Assembly (NCBI GenBank): GCA_964400795.1
Contig: CAYNWA010000002.1
Coordinates: 171,146-235,145, forward strand
DNA from: an uncultured Smithella sp.
GTDB taxonomy: Bacteria > Desulfobacterota > Syntrophia > Syntrophales > Smithellaceae
Length of the DNA: 64,000 nt
Reading direction: 5' to 3'
Below the pieces are notes generated by a model. The model saw only the letters and a list, made by a program, of their open reading frames with translations. It did not search any database and was not told where the DNA came from. A program made the translations under genes and the position numbers. Below, piece by piece: positions 37,700-48,680 of this stretch. Within the stretch, counting starts at the first letter, position 1. Each line of letters begins with the position of its first letter.

Positions 37700-39138
37700 T
37701 GGATTTTGAAACAGTCATCGGGCTGGAAGTTCACGCCCAAATGTTAACGGATACAAAAATATTCTGCAATTGCTCCACTAAATTCGGCGGAGATCCCAAC
37801 AGCCATACCTGCCCGGTTTGCCTGGGCATGCCAGGCGTTTTGCCGGTACTGAATAAAAAAGTCGTCGAATACGCCATGAAGATGGCGCTGGCAACAAATT
37901 GCGAAATCAACAAATCCTGCGAGTTCGCCCGCAAAAATTATTTTTATCCCGATCTGCCCAAAGGTTATCAGATATCGCAATACGCCTATCCGCTGGCGGA
38001 ACACGGTTATGTCTTGCTCGATACCAACGGCGAGCAGAAAAAAATCGGCATCACCCGGATTCACATGGAGGAAGACGCCGGAAAACTTCTGCACGATGAG
38101 CACAACCCCGTCAGTTATGTTGATCTGAACCGCACCGGTGTACCGCTGATTGAAATCGTCAGCGAACCGGATATGCGCTCGCCGGAGGAGGCGGCCGACT
38201 ATCTCAAACGTTTGCATGAAATTCTGGTTTATCTGGAAATCTGCGACGGCAACATGGAGGAAGGCTCGTTCCGATGTGATGCCAATGTTTCCATCCGTCC
38301 CAAAGGTCAGAAGGAATACGGCACAAGAACGGAATTAAAGAACATGAACTCCTTCCGCAATGTGCAAAGAGCTTTGGAGTATGAAATCAAGCGCCAGCAG
38401 TATCTTGTAGAAAATGGCGGCACTGTGGTTCAGGAAACACGTCTCTGGGATGACGCGCAGGGCGCCACCAACTCGATGCGCAGCAAAGAAGAAGCGCACG
38501 ACTATCGTTATTTCCCCGATCCCGACCTAGTTCCCATTATCGTTGATGACGAGTGGGTGAAAAATATTAGAAAAGATCTTCCCGAACTGCCGCTGGCCAA
38601 ACGTGAAAGGTTCATCAAGGAATATCAGATTCCTGCCTACGACGCCGGTGTATTGACCGCCGACAAGGCGCTGGCGCTTTATTATGAAGAAGTGGTAAAA
38701 ATCTGCGGTAAACCCAAAGTCGCCAGCAACTGGCTCATGGGAGACGTTATGCGTTTTCTCAATGAAGATAAACGCTCTATCCGTGAATGTCCCATCAAGG
38801 CCGAATCGCTGGCCGATATGATTCGATTGATTGAAGAAGGCGCCATCAGCGGAAAGATGGCCAAGGAAGTTGTGGAGGATATGTATAAGACCGGCAAATC
38901 GCCGCAGGATATCATCAAGGAAAAAGGCCTGGTGCAGATTACCGATAGAGATGCTCTGGTTAAAACAGCCAGCATAACCGTCGGTAAATATCCGCAGCAG
39001 CGTGATGATTATCGCGGTGGCAAGGAAAAACTTTTTGGTTTTTTTGTCGGTCAGGTTATGAAAGAGACCATGGGCAAAGCCAATCCGCAACTCGTCAATG
39101 AAATCCTGAAAGAAATTCTTGATAAGAAAGATGATTAA
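37699..39138 (+). CDS. gatB: Asp/Glu-tRNA amidotransferase subunit B
   Basis: GatB N-terminus [15 protein letters not shown]-terminal GatB/YqeY domain. The ATG overlaps the gatA stop (TAATG). Confidence 0.95.
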   Translation: MDFETVIGLEVHAQMLTDTKIFCNCSTKFGGDPNSHTCPVCLGMPGVLPVLNKKVVEYAMKMALATNCEINKSCEFARKNYFYPDLPKGYQISQYAYPLAEHGYVLLDTNGEQKKIGITRIHMEEDAGKLLHDEHNPVSYVDLNRTGVPLIEIVSEPDMRSPEEAADYLKRLHEILVYLEICDGNMEEGSFRCDANVSIRPKGQKEYGTRTELKNMNSFRNVQRALEYEIKRQQYLVENGGTVVQETRLWDDAQGATNSMRSKEEAHDYRYFPDPDLVPIIVDDEWVKNIRKDLPELPLAKRERFIKEYQIPAYDAGVLTADKALALYYEEVVKICGKPKVASNWLMGDVMRFLNEDKRSIRECPIKAESLADMIRLIEEGAISGKMAKEVVEDMYKTGKSPQDIIKEKGLVQITDRDALVKTASITVGKYPQQRDDYRGGKEKLFGFFVGQVMKETMGKANPQLVNEILKEILDKKDD

Positions 39139-40180
39139 AACAATTTTCTGGAAAAATAATTCTGTTATTTTGATTGATCAGAACGCTCTGCCGCTAACAG
39201 AAAAATACGTCACGTGTAAATCATACAAAGAAGTTATTGCCTGTATTAAAGATTTAACTGTGCGTGGCGCTCCCGCCATCGGCGTTGCCGCCGCGATGGC
39301 CGCCGCTCTGGGAACATTAAATTTGCCCGCTTTACCACCGCAGGAATTCCGGAGGAAATTTTTCGCTATCTGTGACGAAATTGCCCGGTCGCGTCCCACG
39401 GCACGCAATCTCTTCTGGGCACTGGAGCGCATGAAGAAATGCTTCGATCACGGCAAGAATTTTAATCAACGCCATCTGGTAAAAATACTTGTCAATGAAG
39501 CAAAACGAGTTTGCGCGGAAGACATAGAAATAAACCGCCGGATGGGTCGATACGGCAGCCGTCTTATCAACAATCATGACAATATTCTCACTCACTGCAA
39601 CGCCGGAGCACTGGCGACAGCAGGATACGGTACAGCGCTGGGTGTTATTCGCGCAGCCCGCGAGCAGGGCAAGAAACTGCATGTTTATGTGGATGAAACC
39701 AGACCCGTGTTGCAAGGTGCACGACTGACCACGTGGGAGCTGAAAAAAGAAAAAATCCCCTATACGCTGATCACAGATAATATGGCGGGATTTCTGATGC
39801 AACAGGGCAGGATTGACAAAATTATCGTGGGCGCGGATAGAATCGCCGCTAACGGAGATACAGCCAACAAAATCGGCACCTACTCTCTGGCGATTCTGGC
39901 AAAGGCGCACCGTATTCCATTGTATATTGCCGCCCCGCTTTCCACCATTGATGTCTCCCTGAAAACAGGCAAATCCATTCCCATAGAAGAAAGAAAAAAC
40001 GAAGAAGTAACAAATTTTAAAGGTGTCCGCAGCGCGCCTGAGAAAACGAAAGTGTATAATCCGGCATTTGACGTCACTCCCGCGCAACTCATCACGGCCA
40101 TCATCACGGAAAAAGGAATTCTCAGAAAGCCTTTTCGCAACTCCATCGCCCGATTACACACAGGATCAGGAAGCCCATGA
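39131..40180 (+). CDS. mtnA: S-methyl-5-thioribose-1-phosphate isomerase (eIF-2B alpha/beta/delta family)
   Basis: [40 protein letters not shown]. The ORF-track start 39119 is TTG; the first ATG is 39131. Overlaps the end of gatB. Confidence 0.85.
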   Translation: MIKTIFWKNNSVILIDQNALPLTEKYVTCKSYKEVIACIKDLTVRGAPAIGVAAAMAAALGTLNLPALPPQEFRRKFFAICDEIARSRPTARNLFWALERMKKCFDHGKNFNQRHLVKILVNEAKRVCAEDIEINRRMGRYGSRLINNHDNILTHCNAGALATAGYGTALGVIRAAREQGKKLHVYVDETRPVLQGARLTTWELKKEKIPYTLITDNMAGFLMQQGRIDKIIVGADRIAANGDTANKIGTYSLAILAKAHRIPLYIAAPLSTIDVSLKTGKSIPIEERKNEEVTNFKGVRSAPEKTKVYNPAFDVTPAQLITAIITEKGILRKPFRNSIARLHTGSGSP

Positions 40181-40791
40181 AATTATTTCTTTTCGATTTC
40201 GACGGAGTGCTGGTTGACTCGCTGGATGTCTATGAAAAAACGGTGACCGATTGTCTGATCAAAATAGGTCAGCCGCTGACACGCGGCCGGGAGGAATTTC
40301 TGGAGTTATTTGAAGATAACTTTTATCAATCTCTTGAGAATAAAGGCGTTAATCTGGATGTTTTCATGAAAGCCGCCGAAGATATTCTCGCACGGATTGA
40401 TTACAATAAAATGAAGCCCTTTACAGCCATGCGGCCAATTCTCGATGAACTCAAAAAAAATAATATTCTTATCGTGATATCCTCCAACGACAGCCCAACC
40501 ATTCAAGAAGCTCTTCGCCTTTATCATTTCAATGGCATATTTCAGGAAATTCTCGGCTCCGATTTTAAATTCAGCAAAAAAGAAAAGATTCTTTATGCCG
40601 CGAAAAAATATTCAGCGGTGCTTGGCAATATTTATTATATCGGCGACACAACCGGTGATATCAAGGAAGGGAAGCAGGCCGGTGTAAAAACGGTCGGCGT
40701 TACGTGGGGTTGGCACAACAAAGAAAAAATCGCCGCGGCTCAACCGGATTATCTTTTTAACGAACCGCAGGAACTTTTAAATCTTATATAA
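40177..40791 (+). CDS. HAD-superfamily hydrolase (phosphoglycolate-phosphatase-like)
   Basis: Motif I DFDGVLVDS and motif IV GDTTGD. The ATG overlaps the mtnA stop (ATGA). Confidence 0.8.
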   Translation: MKLFLFDFDGVLVDSLDVYEKTVTDCLIKIGQPLTRGREEFLELFEDNFYQSLENKGVNLDVFMKAAEDILARIDYNKMKPFTAMRPILDELKKNNILIVISSNDSPTIQEALRLYHFNGIFQEILGSDFKFSKKEKILYAAKKYSAVLGNIYYIGDTTGDIKEGKQAGVKTVGVTWGWHNKEKIAAAQPDYLFNEPQELLNLI

Positions 40792-40805
40792 GGATTGAAT
40801 AAATT

Positions 40806-41147
40806 ATGATTGACTTACTGGAATATATCAGCACCTGGTCTGTCCTGAAATGGATTGTGCTTGTTTTGATTGCCGGATTCATTGGACAGTTCGGTAGAAT
40901 GGCGGCAGAGGTGATCGCTGAAAAAATCCGCGCAGGCCGTGGGAAAAAAGAATTTGCACCGGAAGGATTGATAAAAACACCGGCACAACAAGCATCACCG
41001 GATATACCGGCAAACACGCCAGAACAACCGTCAGCGCCGGATGAAAAGGCCGACAAAAAAATCCAGAAAGCCATGGATAAAGCCAGGAAAAAAGATGCCA
41101 AGAAAAAAATTGGTTTCATTATCGGTGCGTTGAAAAAGCGGTTATAG
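40806..41147 (+). CDS. Hypothetical membrane protein with a Lys-rich tail
   Basis: One predicted TM helix (WIVLVLIAGFIGQFG), then a Pro/Ala/Lys-rich low-complexity C-terminus. Confidence 0.5.
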   Translation: MIDLLEYISTWSVLKWIVLVLIAGFIGQFGRMAAEVIAEKIRAGRGKKEFAPEGLIKTPAQQASPDIPANTPEQPSAPDEKADKKIQKAMDKARKKDAKKKIGFIIGALKKRL

Positions 41148-41183
41148 ATTCCAAGTCATCAATAGAGACAGGCCGGACATATC

Positions 41184-42092
41184 TTAATGGAGTTTATCCA
41201 GCGCCTTTATATGTGTTTCCAGCAGACGGTTTTCGTCAAAATCTTTCAGTTGAAGATACTCCGGTGTAGTGCTTTTGAAAGCGCATTGAGGCGCAAGGCC
41301 GATGAGTTCCGATTCCATTATTTGAGCGCCAGCTTCGGCGGCAAGGTCTTTTACCCGGTCAAAAACCATCTTCAATGGAGTTTCTTTGCAATTGGTCAGA
41401 TTAATTGACACCTGCGCCAAACCTCGGCTTTTCAACATTACCCCAATAGCCCGCACATGCTTCAAACCGCCGCTTTTCTCTCTTATGCGCGAAGCAATAT
41501 GGTGTGCCAGAAGCAAATCATTGCAACCCAGATTTATATTATAAGCCACCAGCAAATCCCGGGCTCCCACGGCGGTGGCTCCCGAGCGGGCATTGAATGT
41601 GTTTTCTCCCACATCGGGAACACTTTCCGCACAGGACATCTTAGCAGCCAGACGTTCATAACCACCTCGACGGACATCCGGAAGTTCCATATGATGATCA
41701 TTTTTCGTCGCAAACCCGTAGAAATATACAGGGACATGGAAATGGTCATGGAATTTCTGTCCGAACGCATGAGCCAAACCGATTGCGTCTTTCATTTTTG
41801 CCCTGCCCAAGGGGATAAATGGGACAACGTCAACGGCACCAAGACGCGGATGTACCCCTGACTGCTTTCGCATATCAATCAACTCGAGAGCCTTACCGCA
41901 CGCCGCCAGGGCAGCTTCCAACAAATACTCCGGCTTACCCAGAAAAGTAAAAACGCTCCGGTTATGATCGGCATCGCTACTGAAATCAACCAGTCGTACG
42001 CCCGGAAAGGATTTGAACACCCGGGCAATCGCGGCAACTTTTTTGTGGTCCTGTCCTTCGCTGAAATTCGGCACGCATTCGATGATTTTCAT
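41184..42092 (-). CDS. Glutamate formimidoyltransferase (FtcD N-terminal-domain type)
   Basis: MKIIECVPNFSEGQD start typical of formiminotransferases. 302 aa. Confidence 0.85.
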   Translation of the reverse strand: MKIIECVPNFSEGQDHKKVAAIARVFKSFPGVRLVDFSSDADHNRSVFTFLGKPEYLLEAALAACGKALELIDMRKQSGVHPRLGAVDVVPFIPLGRAKMKDAIGLAHAFGQKFHDHFHVPVYFYGFATKNDHHMELPDVRRGGYERLAAKMSCAESVPDVGENTFNARSGATAVGARDLLVAYNINLGCNDLLLAHHIASRIREKSGGLKHVRAIGVMLKSRGLAQVSINLTNCKETPLKMVFDRVKDLAAEAGAQIMESELIGLAPQCAFKSTTPEYLQLKDFDENRLLETHIKALDKLH

Positions 42093-42094
42093 TG

Positions 42095-42739
42095 TCAGGC
42101 CTGATAAATCTTTATTTCCGGCAGTTCCACACAGGTCAGTTTTCCTCCATAAACAGCTCCCGTATCAATCCCTATTTTATTTTTTTCAATCAAAGGACTC
42201 ATCAATGGAGTATGACCGAAAATAACGGTTTTCCCGAAGTCTTTTTCATTTTCTATGAACTCATAGCGTATCCATAGAAGATCATCCAAGGTCTGTTCTT
42301 TAAGGGGAACCCCCGGCCTGATGCCCGCGTGAACAAATATATATCCGTCCGTTTCATAGTACGGCAGAAGCGATTCGTAAAATTTCCAGTGAGCCTCCGG
42401 GATTTTCCCTCTTCTTTTCTCGATATTATCCGAGAGAAATATTTCATATGAACTAAGAGTGCTTACGCCGCCGTTTCCCAGATACAGCTCTTCGTCAGAG
42501 CCTTCCAAGTATTGCATAAACATTTGCTCGTGATTACCCAGAAGACAAACAACATTATGATATTGACCTTGCAGATTGATGACATAATCCACCACTTCTT
42601 TACCCGATTTGCCGCGATCGATATAATCTCCGATGAAGACTAATGTATCTTTCTGTCTGTCGATGTCGAGCTTAGCCATCAGCTCCTCGAGCTTTTCCAG
42701 ACAGCCGTGAATGTCTCCTATGGCAAATATCTTACCCAT
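42095..42739 (-). CDS. Metallophosphoesterase (PPP-family Ser/Thr phosphatase / ApaH-like)
   Basis: GDIHG, GDYIDRG, GNHE, GHTP motifs. Confidence 0.85.
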   Translation of the reverse strand: MGKIFAIGDIHGCLEKLEELMAKLDIDRQKDTLVFIGDYIDRGKSGKEVVDYVINLQGQYHNVVCLLGNHEQMFMQYLEGSDEELYLGNGGVSTLSSYEIFLSDNIEKRRGKIPEAHWKFYESLLPYYETDGYIFVHAGIRPGVPLKEQTLDDLLWIRYEFIENEKDFGKTVIFGHTPLMSPLIEKNKIGIDTGAVYGGKLTCVELPEIKIYQA

Positions 42740-42907
42740 AAAATCCTTTTATCAAATGAACAACCCAATCGCAAGAAGCGGGGTATCCAAAGGAACTGCG
42801 CCCCAAGAGGTGGGGAATTAGACCCATGTTTATCCCACTCGGCTTCGCCTCGGGGATAATTTGACCATCAAATTTCAGTGTACTTTGTTTCTGAAATTTG
42901 GGTCTCA

Positions 42908-43825
42908 TTAATCAAGAAGCGCCCTGGTAAAACTTCCGCTTTCGAAAACGCGCAAATCATCCAACCCTTCACCGACGCCTATATATCTTACGGGAAGAGC
43001 AAGCTCACTGGCAATTCTCACAATCACCCCGCCCTTGGACGTTCCATCAAGCTTGGTGAGGACAATACCGGTTGCGCCAATCTCTTCTTTAAACGTTTTT
43101 GCCTGAACGACGGCATTTTGACCCGTTGTGGCATCCAGAATCAACAATATTTCCGGCGATAATTCCGGCAACTCCTTGTTAATGATCCGTTTTACTTTTT
43201 TAAGTTCCTCCATCAGGTTAACACGCGTGTGCAATCGTCCGGCCGTATCCACAATAACAACCCCGGAAAAGCCGGCTTTAATTTTTGCCATGGCGTCGAA
43301 GACGACTGCCGCCGGATCGGCATTTGTTTTATGTTTTACAACCGGAGCGTCCACTCGCGAACCCCACACCTCCAACTGCTCGACTGCCGCAGCCCGGAAA
43401 GTATCCGCTGCAACCAGCATGACGTCATGACCTTCGCCTTTGAGCATACAGGCTAATTTACCGATAGTTGTCGTTTTGCCGCTGCCGTTAACGCCAATCG
43501 TCATGATGATAAAAGGTTTGCTCTGGGGAATGGTCAAAGGTTTATCTATTTTTTGCAAAATAGCATTCATTCTCTCCTGTATAACCTTTTTTATTTCATC
43601 CGCATTCTGCAGATCATTACGACTCACCTTCTTCTTGACATCATCAATTAAATCATACGTAAATTGAGGTCCCATATCCGCCGCAATCAGCAGTTCTTCC
43701 AATTTATCATAAAGATCTTTATCGATAACCTTTTTACTGAAAAGGTCATTTAAATCCATGGTAAGAACATCCCGGGTCTTGGACAATCCTGCTTTTATTT
43801 TTTCAAGAAAATTTAACTTTGCCAT
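42908..43825 (-). CDS. ftsY: Signal recognition particle receptor FtsY
   Basis: SRP-GTPase NG domain: GVNGSGKTTT, DTAGR, TKLDG. Confidence 0.95.
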   Translation of the reverse strand: MAKLNFLEKIKAGLSKTRDVLTMDLNDLFSKKVIDKDLYDKLEELLIAADMGPQFTYDLIDDVKKKVSRNDLQNADEIKKVIQERMNAILQKIDKPLTIPQSKPFIIMTIGVNGSGKTTTIGKLACMLKGEGHDVMLVAADTFRAAAVEQLEVWGSRVDAPVVKHKTNADPAAVVFDAMAKIKAGFSGVVIVDTAGRLHTRVNLMEELKKVKRIINKELPELSPEILLILDATTGQNAVVQAKTFKEEIGATGIVLTKLDGTSKGGVIVRIASELALPVRYIGVGEGLDDLRVFESGSFTRALLD

Positions 43826-44021
43826 AGATACACCTTTCTTACGCTATAGTTGATTCATCACGGGTACGGATTTCTTAGCAATTTGCAGAGCATTGTACCC
43901 TCCGCTTCGCGGGATTGTTCAACTTACCAATTCCAATGCGCCTATAGTGACCTTTAGGTTATTCGCTTTTGCAACTGGAGTTTCACAATAGCCATTTTTA
44001 ATGAAGAAGTAAAGAGGTGGT

Positions 44022-47000
44022 TTAGTTGAGATTAACGGAAACCAGTGATGATATCCCCTGCTTTTGCATGGTCACGCCGAAGAGCGTATCCGCGACTTCC
44101 ATCGTACTCTTGTTATGGGTAATCATAACAACCTGAGATTGCTGGGCAACATCCTTTATCAGATGATTGAAGAGATTGGTATTGGCATCATCCAGGGCAG
44201 CGTCAACCTCGTCGAGAACCAGAAACGGCGACGGCCGAAACTTCAAAATGGCAAAAATAAGAGCGACCGCAACCAGCGATTTTTCACCGCCGGAAAGCAG
44301 ATTAACATTTTGCTTTCTCTTGCCGGGAACCTGAATATCAATATCAACCCCGGTTTCCAGTAGGTCATTTTCATCCGTCAGCAGGAGTTCCCCGCGTCCG
44401 CCGGGAAATATCTGTGCGAATACTTCCTTGAAGCATGCATTGACGGCTTCAAAGGTATCAGCGAATCTGGCACGGGAGATTTTGTTAATACGTGCGATTG
44501 TCCTTTGCAGAACATTCAGAGAAGAATTTAAATCGGCTATTTGAGTCGACAGGAAATTATACCGTTTGTCCAGTTCTTCATATTCATCCAGGGCGAGCAG
44601 ATTCACTTGCCCAAAGGCATCCATCATCTGCTTGTTTTTCTCCAGCAAGGCAATGAGTTCGGCCAGTTTTTCTTCGGTGACTTTTTCAAATCCTAAAGCC
44701 ATACTTCCGAGATCAACATCGTGTTTTTCCTCAATTCCTTTTCTCAGGTTTTCTCTATTTAAACTCACTTCCCGGAACTGAATTTCAGTTTCATTAATCT
44801 GCTGGCGTAACGCATCAAGATTCTTTTTTATCTCCCTGATTTCATTTTCTTTTATCTTTAATTGCGCGTCTTCACGGTTTTGCGCGGCTTTCTTTTCCAC
44901 TAAAAGCGTTTCTTGAGCCGAGAAACTGTTGTACAAATCTTTCAGAGAAATTTGTTCGTTTTCGATCGCCTGAGTCAATTCAATAATCTGTTTTTCGCAG
45001 GAGATGATTTCTTCATCTTTTGATTTATTTTCGTTTTCTATTGCAATGATATCATCCCGCAACCTTGATACCGTCCGTAAATCGGCCTCCTTTTTTTCTT
45101 CCAGAGAAGCCATTTCTATTTTTTTACCGGTCAAATACCGTTCCTGTTCGTCAATCCTGGTACGAGACTGCTCTTTCTTTAGATTAAAAATAGAAATAAT
45201 TTCGTTGATTTCTTTTTCCTCATTATCCTTTTTTAAAACGTCGGCCATGAGATTGCGTAATTTTTCTTCAGCTTCAATTTTCTCGGCATTAAGGGTTTGC
45301 CGGTTGAATTCCAATACGGCAATCCTTTGTTTCAATCTGTTGGTTTCGTCTTCAAACCGTTCCAGATCTTTTTTTCTGCCGTTGATGGCTATTTCCAGCA
45401 AATGAATATCCGCTTTCATTTGACCGATTTCTTCATCCCAGCGGGCAATGGCCGACACCAGGGTTTTTTTCTGATTCGTTTTGATTTCCAGCTCAACCGT
45501 CAGGGCCGATACGTCGTTTTCCAATTCACCGATTTCTCTTTTGGTGGCCAGCAGGCTTTTTTCCACGACTGACCCGCTGCCGCCCGTTAATACGCCATTC
45601 GGGCTGATAATATCTCCTTCCGGCGTCACAAAAGTTCCCCTGAAACCATTTTTCTTCCAGAGAGAAATACCATTTTCAATGGTCGGTATCAGCAAAACAT
45701 CGCCCAGTAAGCAATCGGCGATTTGCTGAAAATCTTCTTTGACGTTAACTTTTTCCAGCAGAGGTTGCGCCTCGTTGAGATGCTCCTGGCTGTAAGTTCT
45801 TGCATTATGATTTCTCAATTCCACCGAAACAAAACTGCCCCGGCCCAACTGGTAGTTCTTTAAATAATCAATCGCCCGAACACCGTCTTCCTGGCTCTTC
45901 ACCACCACATACTGTAATTTTTCCCCTAAAACAGCTTCCACGGCTGCTTCGTATTCGCGGGGCACGCTGATATGGTCAGCCACTACGCCATAAAACTTAT
46001 CGCTTTGCTCCTGATTTTCTATGATCGTCTTAACGCCTTCATTGCACCATTTATACGCTTCCTCAAACTCCCTGAGCGAAATTAACCGTGAAGATTTGAT
46101 GCTCGTGTCTTCCTTGATTTTAGCAATATCTTCTTCATTCAACTGCAAGTCCGATTTCGAACATTCACGTTCGGATAAGGATTCTGTCATTTTTGCTTCC
46201 AGCTGCATTATCGCCGATTCATCTTTCTTTAATTCTTCATTGATCAATTGCAACCGGCCGGATACTTCCGCCATCATTTTTTTATCTTCGTCCAGCTCGC
46301 GAATTTCTCTTTCCTCACGTCTTTTCAAGTCTTCAACATTTTTGTTTAAGCTGGTAATCATATTGTTCAGCCTGGCTTTTTCCGTCACAATATCGATAAA
46401 TAAAATCTTTTTTTCTTCCAGTTGGCTGGTCAATTCTTTATCGGCATTGACGAGTTCCTGCACTTTTTGCTGAACGTCTTCATGTTCTGTTTTAAGAGCA
46501 GCAATTCTGTTTTCCGCTTCCGTCGAGCTTTTCTGGAGCATTTCAATTTCAGAAACCAGATCGGCTTTCTTCATCTGCAACACCTGAATTTCGGCCATAT
46601 CTTTCTGCTTGCGTTCAGACATGTCCAAAATTTGCTGGCGGGCAAATTCGATGCTTTTTTCTTTTATGCTGATAGCGTTTTTAATTTCATAGAGATCGTG
46701 CTGAATTTTGGCTGTCAACTCTTCATTTTCCAAAAGTTTCACTTTCATCTCATCCAGCGCTGATTCCTTTGCCTCCAGATTCGTGTGAACGAGAGCATCC
46801 TGATTATGCAATTGAGCGCGTTGGTCCTGCAGACTTGATTCCTTCTCGACGAATTCAACATAGCTTTGCAGGGCGACCGTTAATTCCGCTTCCTTGCTTT
46901 CCTGCCTGATTTTTTTGTATTGTTCCGCTCTTTTTGCCTGCCGTGAAATGGTATTGAGTTGGGTTTTTACTTCTTTGACAATGTCGTTGAGCCGCACCAT

Positions 47001-47570
47001 ATTTTGTTTCGTCGCTTCCATTTTGCGGACAGCGGCTTCCTTGCGACTTTTATATTTGGAAACACCCGCGGCATCTTCGATGAACAATCGTCTGTCTTCA
47101 GGCTTGGCTTCAACAAGATTTTGCACGTGCCCCTGTTCGACCAGAGAATAGGTTCGCGCGCCAACACCGGTCCCCATGAAAAATTCCTTAACATCCAGGA
47201 GTCGGCAAGGAACCTTGTTAATATAGTATTCACTCTCGCCGTCGAGAACCACTTTGCGGGAAATGGACACTTCATTCAGGTCTGAATACTCGCCGGGGAA
47301 ATGGTGACCATTGGCAAACAACGTCATGGTAACTTCCGCCATACTGACCGGAGCGGAATCCTGGCTGCCGTTGAAAACAACATCTTCCATCTTCGTACCG
47401 CGCAGAGACTTGACTCTTTGTTCGCCCATTACCCAGCGGATGGCATCGACGATATTGGATTTTCCGCAACCGTTGGGACCGACTATTCCTGTGACGCCAT
47501 TGGAGAAATCGAGGACAACCCTGTCGCGAAAAGACTTAAAACCGGATATTTCCAATTTTCTTAGATTCAT
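44022..47570 (-). CDS. smc: Chromosome segregation protein SMC
   Basis: 1182 aa. Walker A GPNGCGKSN, long coiled coils, hinge, signature LSGGEKSL, Walker B LVLDEVDAALD. Confidence 0.95.
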   Translation of the reverse strand: MNLRKLEISGFKSFRDRVVLDFSNGVTGIVGPNGCGKSNIVDAIRWVMGEQRVKSLRGTKMEDVVFNGSQDSAPVSMAEVTMTLFANGHHFPGEYSDLNEVSISRKVVLDGESEYYINKVPCRLLDVKEFFMGTGVGARTYSLVEQGHVQNLVEAKPEDRRLFIEDAAGVSKYKSRKEAAVRKMEATKQNMVRLNDIVKEVKTQLNTISRQAKRAEQYKKIRQESKEAELTVALQSYVEFVEKESSLQDQRAQLHNQDALVHTNLEAKESALDEMKVKLLENEELTAKIQHDLYEIKNAISIKEKSIEFARQQILDMSERKQKDMAEIQVLQMKKADLVSEIEMLQKSSTEAENRIAALKTEHEDVQQKVQELVNADKELTSQLEEKKILFIDIVTEKARLNNMITSLNKNVEDLKRREEREIRELDEDKKMMAEVSGRLQLINEELKKDESAIMQLEAKMTESLSERECSKSDLQLNEEDIAKIKEDTSIKSSRLISLREFEEAYKWCNEGVKTIIENQEQSDKFYGVVADHISVPREYEAAVEAVLGEKLQYVVVKSQEDGVRAIDYLKNYQLGRGSFVSVELRNHNARTYSQEHLNEAQPLLEKVNVKEDFQQIADCLLGDVLLIPTIENGISLWKKNGFRGTFVTPEGDIISPNGVLTGGSGSVVEKSLLATKREIGELENDVSALTVELEIKTNQKKTLVSAIARWDEEIGQMKADIHLLEIAINGRKKDLERFEDETNRLKQRIAVLEFNRQTLNAEKIEAEEKLRNLMADVLKKDNEEKEINEIISIFNLKKEQSRTRIDEQERYLTGKKIEMASLEEKKEADLRTVSRLRDDIIAIENENKSKDEEIISCEKQIIELTQAIENEQISLKDLYNSFSAQETLLVEKKAAQNREDAQLKIKENEIREIKKNLDALRQQINETEIQFREVSLNRENLRKGIEEKHDVDLGSMALGFEKVTEEKLAELIALLEKNKQMMDAFGQVNLLALDEYEELDKRYNFLSTQIADLNSSLNVLQRTIARINKISRARFADTFEAVNACFKEVFAQIFPGGRGELLLTDENDLLETGVDIDIQVPGKRKQNVNLLSGGEKSLVAVALIFAILKFRPSPFLVLDEVDAALDDANTNLFNHLIKDVAQQSQVVMITHNKSTMEVADTLFGVTMQKQGISSLVSVNLN

Positions 47571-47774
47571 AAAAAAACATCTTTATTAAACTGTTTAAAT
47601 TTGAAGAATGCTAACAAAAGATTTAGCCTTTGTAAAGAAAAAATACAACAAAATGTGGTTTTGTAAAATTTCCACCACAATATGTAGTGTTTTGTTTTTT
47701 TTTAGCTTTTTCACTTCCAACTTAATAACACAATAAAATTAAGTAAAAAATCACAAAAAATATCTTCAGGCAAT

Positions 47775-47805
47775 AGAAAAAGGCAGGGTCGTCATAACCC
47801 TGCCT
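47775..47805 (-). terminator. Rho-independent terminator after the CBS gene
   Basis: Minus strand aggcagggt tatgacg accctgcct followed by ttttct. Confidence 0.7.
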
Positions 47806-47851
47806 GAAAAAACAACCAATGAATACTTTCACATGTTGAAAGGACTCGCTA

Positions 47852-48295
47852 TTAATATCTACCTGCAATATAGTTACTTAATTGATTAATCAAAACATCT
47901 TTTTCGGAAATAGCTGACTTAACGGCGTCTCCTATGGAGATAAGACCCATAAATTTGGAACCTTCAAAAACCGGAAGGTGTCTTATATGCTTGCCCGTCA
48001 TCAAGACCATGCAATCTTCAACGGACGAAGAAGGCTTTACCTTTACCATCTTATTGACAGGAGTCATAATTTCCTTGACAGTTGTTTTGGGAGACGTTTT
48101 TCCTTTCAAAACAATTTTTCTGGCATAATCGCGTTCCGTCATTATGCCAACAACTTTACCTTTTTTATCAACAACCATCAATGCCCCGATTTCCTTTTCT
48201 GCCATGAGTTTAAGGGCATCAAACACCGTAGCGTTCGGCTGAATTGTCCACATCTGCTTCGGTTTACTTTTCAAAATGTCACTCACTCTCTGCAT
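47852..48295 (-). CDS. CBS-domain pair protein
   Basis: Two CBS repeats (TIQPNATVFDALKLMAEKEIGALMVVD ; SSSVEDCMVLMTGKHIRHLPVFE). Start taken at the MQRVSDIL ATG. Confidence 0.8.
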   Translation of the reverse strand: MQRVSDILKSKPKQMWTIQPNATVFDALKLMAEKEIGALMVVDKKGKVVGIMTERDYARKIVLKGKTSPKTTVKEIMTPVNKMVKVKPSSSVEDCMVLMTGKHIRHLPVFEGSKFMGLISIGDAVKSAISEKDVLINQLSNYIAGRY

Positions 48296-48454
48296 AATCG
48301 AACACCTCCTCATTCAGTGTGCATTTTTTTAATCATCTTAAAAGAAAATTTAAAATATGGCAAGCATTTATATAACAGTGTTTATATCGTAGGATTTCTA
48401 TTCATTGATTTATAAATTTCAAATTAAATATTTTCAATCAAAAATCATCTTATC

Positions 48455-48664
48455 CTAAAGTCTATATGGTCCGAATCTTTTACTGAAAATTGCGTCGGTT
48501 AATTTGAGAGGAAGCTTGGCAACCAATGGAAGCAGTGCGGAGTCCTGCCCCAGACGAATGAAATCTGGTGTTTTTTTCTGCACAAGTTTATCGACGAGTT
48601 TTTTCGCAAAAACGTCCGCCGGAGATAGCTTTTTCGGACAACTCAGATCAGCCACATGATTCAC
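48455..48664 (-). pseudogene. Possible 3' remnant of a short-chain dehydrogenase-type gene
   Basis: The frame opens 6 nt after the stop of the upstream gene and has no ATG or SD (GTG only). ...KKLSPADVFAKKLVDKLVQKK...LLPLVAKLPLKLTDAIFSKRF resembles SDR C-termini from memory only. Confidence 0.3.
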
Positions 48665-48680
48665 CAGTAACGGTTACTGT

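Noticed and set aside
42870-42900. Terminator after ftsY (aaatttcag ... ctgaaattt hairpin)
   Set aside because: It has a 9-bp AT-rich stem with a 13-nt loop and no following U-tract on the ftsY strand, which is too weak to call.
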